From the IMG/VR virus record IMGVR_UViG_3300021401_000002: a DNA stretch of 64,000 nt. One strand, 5' to 3'. The stretch's first letter is position 1. Each line of letters opens with the position of its first letter. The notes beneath the pieces were generated by a model. That model ran no database searches. It was given only the letters and a program-made list of their open reading frames with translations, and was not told the origin of the DNA. The translations under genes and the position numbers were made by a program. The stretch is from an uncultured virus (IMG/VR IMGVR_UViG_3300021401_000002) (Duplodnaviria; Heunggongvirae; Uroviricota; Caudoviricetes). Positions 31,548 through 41,562 of this stretch are shown one piece after another.

Positions 31548-32486
31548 ATGCGCGATATTTTAGTAAAAGAAGCTGAGACTTTCGACGCCTTCAATCAACT
31601 TGGAAGTAAGCAAAATGTTTTAGTGATCGAGACTGTCGAAAATCAGCCGGCAAAGTGGCATCGCGATACATCGTTTTGTTACAAGGATTGGTGCGCGTAT
31701 AGTGCGAGAGCGTGGCAACTCGTCAAAAACGGGGAACAAGGTAAAGAGTTGCGAGAGCCTTCTCAGTGGGCGGAGGACGGCTTTTGCACGCTAGAAGCGC
31801 ATTCCGAAATTTATGCTGCAGCCTTGATGTGTACTTCAGCTGATGCTGTCGGATTTGGAGACGTTCATTTTCCATCCAAAGCTATTGTCTTTCGGTTTCC
31901 AACTAATTTACTAGACGCTGAATATGCTCGTATTGATATTTCAATGTTGGGCGACGTGCGCCTTCATGTATGCGGTTGCAGCGGTAGGCGTTCTATGCAT
32001 TTGGCGGCAGACACGGTTGATGATCTTCTGTTCACTCCTTTGAATGAAGGAGATGAAGTAATTTCTGATGGAATTACAATGGAAGATGGCAGTATACTCA
32101 GAAATACAACTAGCGAAGAAAAACGCATTCTCATTCTAATTCGTCACTATATCGCTGGTCTTATCATTGCTTATCAAGTCAAGAGCAATTGGACATACGA
32201 AGGTGTCAGACTTTCTCAGGTCAAGAAAACGCGAGGAGTTCCACCGCAACATCGGTATTACGTTCTAGGACGTAAGGTTCGTGCCGACGTACGAGAAGGC
32301 GTGCAGCGATATGTCAATGGAGAAAGTCATAAATCTCCATCGTTTCAATTCGTAGTTCGAGGCCACTACCGCAATCAAGCTTGTGGCCCGAATCATTCGG
32401 AGAGACGGATCATTTGGATAGAACCGTTTTGGAAGCCGGGTAAGAATCCTGAAAATAAAATACTGGTTCGTTCGGTGGCGTTATGA
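31548..32486 (+). CDS. Phage hypothetical protein (lower GC)
   Basis: C-terminal VRGHYRNQACGP...IWIEPFWK motif, as recalled from other phage proteins. Confidence 0.65.
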   Translation: MRDILVKEAETFDAFNQLGSKQNVLVIETVENQPAKWHRDTSFCYKDWCAYSARAWQLVKNGEQGKELREPSQWAEDGFCTLEAHSEIYAAALMCTSADAVGFGDVHFPSKAIVFRFPTNLLDAEYARIDISMLGDVRLHVCGCSGRRSMHLAADTVDDLLFTPLNEGDEVISDGITMEDGSILRNTTSEEKRILILIRHYIAGLIIAYQVKSNWTYEGVRLSQVKKTRGVPPQHRYYVLGRKVRADVREGVQRYVNGESHKSPSFQFVVRGHYRNQACGPNHSERRIIWIEPFWKPGKNPENKILVRSVAL

Positions 32487-33127
32487 GACTCGTTACTGCT
32501 ACGCCGAACGCGCTCTACTGTGACACCGATCAGATATTGACCGCTGCCGCATGTAACCTTCTTCTTGCTCATGGTATCCGCGGTGTCTGGCGCTATCCAG
32601 AAGATGTCACTGCCCAAGAGCACAACATCATCCTTGCCTCTGGTCTCGAAGAGTACTTCGTTGGTCATGCCCATGCTCCCGGCTGGCAGGCGTCGGCTGC
32701 AGGAGGTCAAGCTGACGGGCAAAGACAAATCGCAGCGCTTACCAGACTTGGAATTCCACAAGGTGTTCATCTCGCGTTCGATCTCGAAGGACCGGCTCCA
32801 GGAATTCCTGCTGTTATTTCACATGTGATCGCGCATGCGAATGTTGTTCTTGCAGCGAAGTGCATTCCAGCGCTTTATGTTGGAGAAGGAGCACTTCTCT
32901 CGAGCGCGCAACTGTTTCAACTACCTAGTCAGCTTTATTGGGCTGCCGTCTCAAGGCTCGTTGATGCTGCAGGAACCGCACAAGTTCCGTGGTGTGGATA
33001 CTCAGTTTATCAAGGCGATCCTTTTGACGTTGTATTAGACGACGGTGCTGGTACCAAAGTCACTATCGACTACGACTACGTGAAACAGGACTTCCAAGGT
33101 CGCTTGCCGATTGGAGTTGCGCAATGA
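32483..33127 (+). CDS. DUF1906/GH25-like glycoside hydrolase (endolysin candidate)
   Basis: DT....T.A.....G...V.RY, G.ADG......LGIP.G..LAFDLE, ALYVG. Confidence 0.75.
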   Translation: MRLVTATPNALYCDTDQILTAAACNLLLAHGIRGVWRYPEDVTAQEHNIILASGLEEYFVGHAHAPGWQASAAGGQADGQRQIAALTRLGIPQGVHLAFDLEGPAPGIPAVISHVIAHANVVLAAKCIPALYVGEGALLSSAQLFQLPSQLYWAAVSRLVDAAGTAQVPWCGYSVYQGDPFDVVLDDGAGTKVTIDYDYVKQDFQGRLPIGVAQ

Positions 33128-34043
33128 CCATCCGAGCGAAGCGAGGGACCAGGTGATTCGCGTCACCATCGAGCTTTGGCCCTCGTCGAACGGCGAAAAG
33201 AAAACGCTCCGCGTGATGGACATCTCGAACGTGGGCGACGGCTTCACCGTGGACGTCACGGGAGAGCGTGACATGCACCGCAGAGCGGGTATCATTCGCA
33301 ACGCCGAACGCCGCCGCATCCCCGTCTGGGAGCTCGTGCGCCTCGCCATCGACGCGCTCAGACTCGACAAGGAGCTTCTGTGATTACGCACGTTGCGATT
33401 CGCTTCGGTGGGAAAACTTGGTCGCTGCCAAAGCCGAACCGGCACCACGACGTCATCCGTCTCATCGCAGAAGAGACCGGGGTAAAGAAGGTCGATGCCC
33501 ATGGCGACGACCAAGGCTTCCTCGACGAGAACGGCACGTACTATAGGCGCAGCCAAGCGCTCGTGCACGCATTCGAGCACGACCAAATCAAAGACCCCAA
33601 GGGCATCCGGCTCAACATGTTGTTCTCAGAAGACGTGTGGTGATAATCTCTTCTCATGGCGTCTTCTGCGATTTCTCGATCCATTCGTTCGCTGTCGAAG
33701 CTCGATGCGCTGCCTCTCGCGCTCGGCGGCTTGGGCGTCGGGTACTACCTCGCGACGATGGCTGCAACGAAGCCTTCCGAGTCAGACCACCGCGCCTACG
33801 AGGCGTGGGCGAGACACCGCAAGGATGCTAACGTAGCGCTCGTCTTTGGCGTCAGCGCGGGTGCGCTGCTCTTCTGGTGGAAAAACTAAACCTCTTCGTG
33901 GTTCCACCGCTCTTCTCGTCGGAGTTCATCGAGCGCTTTACGCGCGAGCATCCCGTGCAGGCCTGGCTCGTTGTTTTGTGCGGTCTCGTGCTCTTCGGGT
34001 TCATGATTTGGCTGATTGCCTCTTCGTGAGGTAACCTCTTCGG

Positions 34044-34727
34044 ATGTCGCCCAAAGCCAAAACTGCACTGCTACTCAGCGTGAACTTCGTCCTCGGTATG
34101 ATCGCGCTCCTTCTCCCGCGCGTGGCACCGTCACTGCCGCTCTACGCATCCGAAGGAGCAACGTTCCTTCTGATGGTCGCCTCACTCGCGAGCGTGTTTC
34201 ACGTTCCGGCCATGGCTGTGTCGGTGATTCAAGCGCTCGTCGCCGCCCTCCAGGGGTACGTAACGCCGCCTCCGGCTCCGGAATCCGCAGAGGCTACGGC
34301 CGCGAGGTCGCTCACAAGCACGCAAACGATTGCTTCTGCAAAGGCGCTCTTGAAGGTCGCCATCATGCTCCTCTGTCTCGGCGGTGCAGGCGCAGCGCTC
34401 GCTGGCTCGACCTCTTCTTGCACGCCCGTGCCAGTAAGCCCTGTCAACGTCATCAGCGACGTCGCAGCGTGCGCCATCGACGTCGTCGAGGACATCACCA
34501 TCGCACCGACGCCAGCGCTTCTCGCGCAGACCGTTGCGACGTGCGGCATCGCCGCAAACGATCTCTACCAAGACATCTCGGTGCTCATCAAGAACGCGCA
34601 GACCTCTTCGGGTGATGGCGGTTCGGTGGCAACGGTTACGACTCGCAAGGGTGCCGTGGTCGTGAGCTCGGCCTACGTGCAGCACCTCCAAACTTGGCAA
34701 GTCCTCTTCGCGGACGGTGGATCATGA
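34044..34727 (+). CDS. Multi-TM membrane protein (holin/spanin-like candidate)
   Basis: Two N-terminal TM helices plus an internal signal-like helix ending near Cys. Confidence 0.5.
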   Translation: MSPKAKTALLLSVNFVLGMIALLLPRVAPSLPLYASEGATFLLMVASLASVFHVPAMAVSVIQALVAALQGYVTPPPAPESAEATAARSLTSTQTIASAKALLKVAIMLLCLGGAGAALAGSTSSCTPVPVSPVNVISDVAACAIDVVEDITIAPTPALLAQTVATCGIAANDLYQDISVLIKNAQTSSGDGGSVATVTTRKGAVVVSSAYVQHLQTWQVLFADGGS

Positions 34728-35599
34728 CCCGTAAGACCTCTGTAACGCACAAAAAATGGCTCGAGAAGCACGGGCGCTGGGTCGCGTTCGTTCCGCGCTC
34801 GAAGATGGCACGCACGCTCGAAGAAGGACGTCGTCGCGCGGTAGCTCCAGAGAAATGCGTTTCGGTGCCAGCAACGACGCTACCCGTTGATTGCACAGGA
34901 AACGCAACAGTCAGTTGCCCCATTGATGGAAATCAGACTCTTGGTGATTGCGGCCCTGTGATGTGCGCGCACGTCGACAACATTCGCACGTATGGCCAAG
35001 GCAAACCTGGCTTCGTCGAGCTCGATGTCGATGTCGCCGCGCTCGAAGCTCAGTACGAGCAGGTCTCAGGCGGCGACAACGGTACGACCGAAGACATGCT
35101 CGTCGGCTCGGGAGGCATCTGGGTTCAAGGCGGTCCTGGCATCGCGAACGATGCAACCGCTACGGTCGAAGACCATCTCGACTTCGACGTCACGAACGCG
35201 CCGCTTGCGCAATACATGATCGATCAGTTCTACGCGGTCTGTGTCGCCTGGTCAGTCCCTGACGCATTCCTGAACGAGTTTGCACTCGGTGCATCGTTTC
35301 TTTCGGCGATGACGCCTGATCCCAATAACGGGCACTTCACTCCGCTCGCCGATGTCGATGCTTCGGGCAACTATCGTCTCTGGACATGGGGTGCGTGGTG
35401 CTGGGTCTCGCCCGCGTTCGTCGCATCGGTCCAGCCGCAATCGTTTGCGACGTTCTCGGCGCTTCAATTCAGCGCAGCAAATGGACTCGACTCGCACGGC
35501 CGTCACGTTTCCGATCAAGCCGCAGCGTGGGTTTCGCTCGGCGGCGACAGCTCGAAAACCGCTGCAGTCGTCGCGCTCTTTCCGCCCAAGGCTGCCTAG
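34724..35599 (+). CDS. Papain-fold cysteine peptidase-like protein
   Basis: GNQ.LGDC, GH, TWG catalytic-type motifs. Confidence 0.65.
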   Translation: MTRKTSVTHKKWLEKHGRWVAFVPRSKMARTLEEGRRRAVAPEKCVSVPATTLPVDCTGNATVSCPIDGNQTLGDCGPVMCAHVDNIRTYGQGKPGFVELDVDVAALEAQYEQVSGGDNGTTEDMLVGSGGIWVQGGPGIANDATATVEDHLDFDVTNAPLAQYMIDQFYAVCVAWSVPDAFLNEFALGASFLSAMTPDPNNGHFTPLADVDASGNYRLWTWGAWCWVSPAFVASVQPQSFATFSALQFSAANGLDSHGRHVSDQAAAWVSLGGDSSKTAAVVALFPPKAA

Positions 35600-37080
35600 C
35601 GTAGACTCGAAGCGATGGTGGAGGACTCTGGGCCTTCTTCGAAGCTTTCGATATGGATGCGCATGGTCCGCTTGCTCGGTGATCGAGAAGCGCATCTTCT
35701 CACTGTGCTCGAAGCTGTGAGCCGAGCTACGTCTCTTGCAGAAGCACAAAGGCTTGCAGGTGACGAGCTCAATTCGTACGCTGGTGAACCCGTGGCCTTA
35801 CCGGGTCCGCGGATGGTATGGAACGCGGATGACATCGAGAAAGTAGAGAAGTGAAACAAGTGAAGAGGTCTTCACGAAAAACCTTTGTGCTCATGATCGA
35901 AAACAGAGAGGTCGCGTACGAAGCGTTTCACTCTCCGCTCGTGGCCATGAGCCACGGCAACATCGATCGGCATCCAGCAACACACTACTTCGTTGCTGAA
36001 TGGACAGCCTCTTCGGACCTCCATCCGACCATCATCGACGATCTCGGCAATGACCGTGAGTGCGCTGAAGCTACGATACGAGAATGGAATCGACTTGAAC
36101 GCAATACTTGGATACCCGAGGACTCCCTATGAACACAAAGACCTCTTCAGCCTCTTCAGTGGTTCGAATTTCAACACCGCAGTTCCGTATGCTCGGACGT
36201 CTCATTCGTGGCGACGTCCTCTCCACACATCGCTACCGGAAAGAGCACGCGACGATCGGAGCGCTGAAAAAGAAGCGCTGCGTCCATGTCCAAGGCGGCG
36301 CATGGCTTGCAACCGATCTCGGCAAACTCACGCACTCGAGACAGGGCGGACGTGGGCAGCGATATGCAGAGAGCTGAAAGAGGAACCATGAACATTGCAG
36401 AGTACAAAGAGGTCATCGGAAGCGTGCCGAGACCGCTATGACGCCTCTCTCCGATGCCATCGCTCGCGCAGAAAACGAGCTTTCGCAACATGCGATCCAA
36501 GACGTTCAAACGCTCACGGCTTACACTTGGGCAGGTCGGGCGATCGTTGCCTATCGCAGGTATGCTCTCTTCGGTATCGGCAAGTGGTTGATCGATGCGC
36601 TCGAGTATCACCATGAAGCCCTGGAACATGCGGCAGAAGCATCGCCAGAAGTCATTGCATCGTTACGCATGACGCTGTCGAATGAAGCGCGCGCCGCGGG
36701 AGTCGACAAGTGACGGCTTCGCACGTGTTCATGTTTGTGGTCGGACTCGTCGTCGGAGCTCTCATCTATCGTCAAGCTCGTCGCCATGTTGCGCTGCGCA
36801 TCTTGGAAAGTGTTCGCGTGATCTCGCTCGGAGCGTGCGACGACCCGAGCTGTAACAGGCTCCACGTCCTCTACGTCCACGACTCGCCTCGCATCAAAAG
36901 CGATGGCGAGCTTCACTTCACGGTCGAAGCGAATCCTTCTGTGATGCGCGCCATTCGAGGTCTCGCGCAAGAAAGTGCATGGGGCGAGGTGCACACTGTT
37001 CCCCATCTCGTCTATTCAGACTCCAAAGACGATCCTGGAAAGTCCCCAAAGGAGGACGAGCAGCATCGCCGTCAGAGACG

Positions 37081-37461
37081 ATGATGCCCATCAATCAAAC
37101 CGTCTTCGGTGCTTGGGGAAATTGCTTGCCCGCATGTGTGGCATCGATCCTGGAGCTCGACCTCGAAGACGTACCTTTCCTATTTCACAACCCCGATGAG
37201 CTCACCTCTGGGATCTATGTTCCGCAGGTTGAGAGGCTCGATGCCTGGCTACGCCCGCTCGGTCTCTGTGCTTCGGAATGGCGGCTATCACATGCCACGC
37301 CTCCCGAAGACGACTTCTACGTCCTCTGCGGCTTCTCGCCGCGGGGACGCGGCCACGTCGTCGTGGCACGCGGTGCCGCGCCTCTCGTAGTCCACGATCC
37401 GCATCCGAGCCGAGCCGGCTTGGTGTCGGCGGATGCGTTCATGGTCATCACCTCTTCGTAA
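37081..37461 (+). CDS. Small papain-like (C39-type) peptidase-fold protein
   Basis: GNC..ACVASIL, H.VV, VHDP. Confidence 0.6.
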   Translation: MMPINQTVFGAWGNCLPACVASILELDLEDVPFLFHNPDELTSGIYVPQVERLDAWLRPLGLCASEWRLSHATPPEDDFYVLCGFSPRGRGHVVVARGAAPLVVHDPHPSRAGLVSADAFMVITSS

Positions 37462-37761
37462 CGCTCTCCGCAAAACGGCGTTCTTCGCGATTGAGCTGCC
37501 GCGCAGCTTCGCGCGCTGCGTCGCGCGTATCGTGATAGCTCACGAGTACGAAGACGTATCCATATTGTTCCGTCTTGCTAGTACGGCGTTCGACAACGCA
37601 CCACCATTTTTCGAGCTTGCAGACGGCGAAGGCGTTCACTTGGTCCCTTTGCTCGGAATCGAACCGAGATAGTCTCCATTGAATAGGAGCGCCTCATCCA
37701 ATTGGCTCCAAAGGGGTATGTCTCTTGTCATGAGTTGGTGGTGGCCTATTTAGACCAGTTT

Positions 37762-37932
37762 TCACTTTGGCCCCGTTTGACCGGCTGCGTTGACGATGAG
37801 TGATTGGATGAGCCCGTTGCGAGAAACCGTTACCCCAAGCCCGGCAGCGTTCGCCGCTGCCTCAGCTCGCTTCAAAAGCACTTTGAGAGCTTTCTCGCCT
37901 GCGTCGTCCAGAATGAGGGTGAAGCGCGTCAT
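37762..37932 (-). CDS. Small RHH-like protein (56 aa, not in the ORF track)
   Basis: MTRFTLIL...VSRNGLIQSLI; GGAGG SD; ATGA overlap. Confidence 0.55.
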   Translation of the reverse strand: MTRFTLILDDAGEKALKVLLKRAEAAANAAGLGVTVSRNGLIQSLIVNAAGQTGPK

Positions 37933-38751
37933 TTGGTTGCCTCCAACGCGCTCTGCGCGATGTAAACCACCTCTTGCGGCGTGTGATGGCGCGCAAGTAC
38001 CGGAGGGCCATCGCGTAAGGTTTCCAGCGCTTTACGCAAAATCGCAATCTGGGCGTCGCGGACGCCAAGCATTCCAATGGCTTGGTACTCGATTGCTCTC
38101 CACCACACGCATGATCCGTCCCTACTTCCGTGAATGCCGGTGTGACCTTCGCCGCAAGAGCAACGGATTTTGGTGATGGGCGAGTACGATGTACAGCGTC
38201 TACCGCGCGTTTCTTGCTCGGCCTTTTCTGCGCGGCGTTGCGCCATCGTGTGCGGTCTCATCTTCAGCTCTCTTTCCGGTAAGGGAAGTAGGTCCAGGTC
38301 TTCCAAACGTTGCCGCAGTTGCGGCAAACGTGGCCCCATACCCTGTTCCCGAGTGGTCGGGGCTCATGTACGGTTTCGCCGCAGGGGCACACGCGGTAGG
38401 CGTTTATGCACTTTCTTTGCGCTCTCGTCAGCACCACGGTCTTCATACCAACCATTCTAAGCACCGTACGTCACCTGTCAACACCAAAGCGGTGCATACC
38501 GGTGCGATTGTGGGAACAGGGCCAGAAACGCTCAAAAGAGGCCACCACCCATGAGTTCATGTCTTCTTTACGTGAGTGACGTAGCGCACGCGGAAGCCGA
38601 CTCCGGCGCCGCTCGGCGTGTACACGCAGATGATTCGCTCGCTGCGCGGTCCTTGCGTGCGGTATTGGCTATAGACTCTTCCGACAAACGCCCGACGTCC
38701 CGGCTCTTTGACCGAGACGAGGTCCATGTACTCGAACGTCTTCTTCATTGT

Positions 38752-39378
38752 TTAGGCTAATGCGCTGTTGCGTTTCTGAGCCGAAGTCAACGGCTTAGGT
38801 TCGGAAATCACTTTCCATTCGACGAGACTACTCGTTCCAAATGGACCGCCTTTTTCAGGCCGGTAATCGCCAAGTCCAATTTGCTCTGCCCCTTCGACGA
38901 TGAGTTGACGTGCGACAGCTTCCGCCATGATGCCTTCATTCAAACGAATTTTGACGGACAGAGACCATTCGTTGAGCCTCGCTCGGTGACGCATCACGCG
39001 TCCTTTCGTCGCCGGAATGGTAACTGGACGACTATCGACTTCAAAGTCTGTGATTGGAGTCTTTCGATCGTGGAGGTAGAGACCACAGAGTTCGTCAAGA
39101 ACGAGTACTGCTGCGGGTACGATGTACTTCAAGCTTTTCCGCGAACCACGCGCTTTGTGCGCGCCGCCCGCTTCGCGCATCATGCGGCCTATACCCGAGC
39201 CGGGAAATGCGAGTTGGTTTGTATCTGGAAAGCGATAGACAGCACGACCGGCAACGACACGTGGATCTTCACGTTCCTGGATCGTGTTCTTGCGTATTTC
39301 GCCCGAAAGTGCTTCTTCCGTCGCTCGATGGAGAAGAATAGCGTTCACGCCTTCAAGCCAAACTTCGATCGTCATCAT
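38752..39378 (-). CDS. Stand-alone Cas7/RAMP-like protein (Vipr-like)
   Basis: IEVWLEG...ILLH first strand, FPGSGI..MM.EA, RVMR.R...EW, Gly-rich loop IGLGDYRPEKGGPFG; GGAGG SD. Confidence 0.75.
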   Translation of the reverse strand: MMTIEVWLEGVNAILLHRATEEALSGEIRKNTIQEREDPRVVAGRAVYRFPDTNQLAFPGSGIGRMMREAGGAHKARGSRKSLKYIVPAAVLVLDELCGLYLHDRKTPITDFEVDSRPVTIPATKGRVMRHRARLNEWSLSVKIRLNEGIMAEAVARQLIVEGAEQIGLGDYRPEKGGPFGTSSLVEWKVISEPKPLTSAQKRNSALA

Positions 39379-39545
39379 GTGCGCCTCCGTTTTGCTTTGT
39401 GTTCTTCTTTGCGCTCTCGATGCTTCTCTTCCAGGACCATTCGTACGTACGCAGAGAAGGTGAGATTGACTTCGTCGGCGAGAGACCGAAACCGTTTTTC
39501 TTCGTTCCTCGACATCTTCACCCTGAGCATGTAGTCTTTGGCCAT
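39375..39545 (-). CDS. RHH/CopG-like regulator (56 aa, not in the ORF track)
   Basis: MAKDYMLRVKMSRNEEKRFRSLADEVNLTFSAYVRMVL; ATGA overlap with the RAMP gene. Confidence 0.75.
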   Translation of the reverse strand: MAKDYMLRVKMSRNEEKRFRSLADEVNLTFSAYVRMVLEEKHRERKEEHKAKRRRT

Positions 39546-39580
39546 TGCTACTGCGTAGCACAGTTGCTACAAAGTAGCAA
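39546..39580. promoter_or_regulatory. Twin palindromic operators in a divergent promoter
   Basis: TGCTAC-TGC-GTAGCA (39546-39560) and TTGCTAC-AAA-GTAGCAA (39564-39580). Confidence 0.75.
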
Positions 39581-39589
39581 TCGTATCAT

Positions 39590-39654
39590 GGCGCGGCCAG
39601 GCCAGGCGGGGCAACGCGAGGCAAGGTGCGGCGTGCCGAGGCAAGGCAAGGCGA
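39590..39654 (+). ncRNA. GGY-NN pentamer array, candidate guide RNA
   Basis: 13 in-phase 5-mers, 11 starting GGY, with variable dinucleotides; intergenic; followed by a T-rich tract. Confidence 0.7.
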
Positions 39655-39673
39655 GGGTCTTTCTTACTTCTCT

Positions 39674-41518
39674 TCAACCATGCAAAAAGGCAACGACCCG
39701 TTCAACTTCCCCTTCGGTGACGTTGGGGAATTGAACCCGTCGCATGTCGCTACCGTTGCCGAGTTGTACGAGCGCATCGCCCTTGCCCAAGAGTGCCTCG
39801 GCACCGACTTCGTCGAGTACGACCCGTGAATCGATCGCTTGTGCGGTGCGAAACGCAATGCGGCACGGAAGGTTCGACTTGATGACGCCCGTGATGACGT
39901 CGACACTGGGGCGTTGCGTTGCGAGCACGAGATGCAGTCCACATGCGCGCGCTTTCTGACCGAGACGCTGGATAGCGGTTTCGATCGACTTGTCTTTGCC
40001 TTGCGCTATGACGAGGTCTCCGAATTCGTCGATGACAATGACGATGCGCGGCAGACGCTCTGCCTGAGGCACACGCTTGTTGAACGTGCCAATGTTTTTC
40101 GCGCCCGCAGCAGAGAGGAGGGCGTAGCGTCGCTCCATTTCGTTGACCGCTTCTGTGAGTGCGATGGCCGCCTCGACGGCATCTGTCACGATGTCGCGAA
40201 GCATGTGCGAAATACCGTTGTAGACCGACAACTCAACTGCTTTGGGATCGATCATAATGAAGCGTACTTCGGCCGGTGTACGACGAAAGAGAATCGAGAG
40301 CAGTAGCGCATGGAGACCGACGCTTTTTCCAGACCCGGTTGCACCAGCAAGAAGGATATGCGGCATCGCGGCCAAGTCCGCCGTCACGACCTTGCCTCGC
40401 ACGTCGAGTCCGAGCGCAAGAGGCAGGACCTCTTCGTTACCTGGCAACGTCCCGCTGTTCGCTGTGAGCAAGCTTTTGAGGCAAACCGCTTGGCGTGTGG
40501 TGTTCGGAATCTCGAATGCAATGCGTCCAGCGTTGACGAGCGAGACGAGCGCACGTACTTTTCGGCCGAGTGCGAAGGAGACCTCTTCAGCAAGTCCGAG
40601 CACGCGCGAGACCTTGGTGCCTGCAGCGATGGAGACTTCGTACGTCGTCACCTGCGGCCCCTGAAAGAGGTCTTCGACCTTGGCGACGATGTTGTGATCG
40701 GCGAGCACCTCCTCGAGCTTCTTCGTAACCGCCTCTTCGTCCGCCCTGTCGCGTAGCGAGCTTGGACGCTCGGAGGCTTCGAGCAAGTCGAGCGACGGCA
40801 AAGAGGTCCTCTTCGGCACGATTCGCAGACCCTTGGTCGCACGCACTGGAGGAACAGAGGTCACAGGGGTGACGGCCTCTGAGGGCGCGGTGGACGCGTG
40901 CACGAGCTCCGAGATGCAAACCGAAGACGGGACCGCTGCGGCCGGAGCGGCCGGAGCCTGAAAGAGCGTCGTTGTGTCGACAGCCTTGAGCCCCTTCGCT
41001 GCTTTCGCACGAGCCGTGGGAACGGAAGAGGAGCGTGGACCAAACCCCCAGCGTGCACTCAGCGCCATGGCCACCATGCACGCAGCGATGAATGCAGCGC
41101 CGTACCAGCCGCCAAGCATCGTGCTCGCGAGACGTCCCGCAGCGTTCCCGACAGCTCCGCCTTGGTCCAAGGTCGCACCGAGCATGAGCGATGCGGCAAG
41201 CCCGCACGCAAGGTCCGAAGAGATGACGAGAAGAGGTAGAGACCGCCCCCTTACCTCTTGGACGCCGTACCAACCGAGAAGAAGAGGCGCGGCGTACGCG
41301 GCAAGGCCGAAGAGGCCAACGGTCGCAGCCTCGACGCCGTCGCCGAACGAGCCAAGGAGAACGGTTCCAAGGCTGAGCAAAAGGATCCCAGCAGCAAGCC
41401 AAAAGGCCCCGGCTAGGAGGTAGGCCCTCGTTCGAAGCCGAGGCCAAATCTGCTCGTACCAGTCGACAGCTGAAACGCCCAAGTCTACGAGGTGGTCCAT
41501 GAGAGGTCTTCTTTGCAC
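39674..41518 (-). CDS. ftsK: FtsK/SpoIIIE DNA translocase (N-terminal TMs, no gamma domain)
   Basis: GPQVT.YE, PH.L.AG.TGSGKS, IDPK.VEL, IDEFGDL, RA.G.HL.LATQRPS, GAE.LLG.GD. Confidence 0.93.
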   Translation of the reverse strand: MQRRPLMDHLVDLGVSAVDWYEQIWPRLRTRAYLLAGAFWLAAGILLLSLGTVLLGSFGDGVEAATVGLFGLAAYAAPLLLGWYGVQEVRGRSLPLLVISSDLACGLAASLMLGATLDQGGAVGNAAGRLASTMLGGWYGAAFIAACMVAMALSARWGFGPRSSSVPTARAKAAKGLKAVDTTTLFQAPAAPAAAVPSSVCISELVHASTAPSEAVTPVTSVPPVRATKGLRIVPKRTSLPSLDLLEASERPSSLRDRADEEAVTKKLEEVLADHNIVAKVEDLFQGPQVTTYEVSIAAGTKVSRVLGLAEEVSFALGRKVRALVSLVNAGRIAFEIPNTTRQAVCLKSLLTANSGTLPGNEEVLPLALGLDVRGKVVTADLAAMPHILLAGATGSGKSVGLHALLLSILFRRTPAEVRFIMIDPKAVELSVYNGISHMLRDIVTDAVEAAIALTEAVNEMERRYALLSAAGAKNIGTFNKRVPQAERLPRIVIVIDEFGDLVIAQGKDKSIETAIQRLGQKARACGLHLVLATQRPSVDVITGVIKSNLPCRIAFRTAQAIDSRVVLDEVGAEALLGKGDALVQLGNGSDMRRVQFPNVTEGEVERVVAFLHG

Positions 41519-41530
41519 GGGTTGTGCCAG

Positions 41531-41562
41531 CTAGATAGTCTCAGATATCCGGAGACATCTGA
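41531..41562. promoter_or_regulatory. GATATC-box operator/promoter upstream of ftsK
   Basis: CTAGATAGTCTCAGATATCCG, near-identical to the 54361 repeat arm. Confidence 0.55.

Noticed and set aside
39399..39829. + strand ORFs (39399-39734, 39626-39829) explaining the pentamer array as coding
   Set aside because: A 5-nt period does not fit codon structure; the ORFs overlap better-supported antisense genes and look non-protein-like
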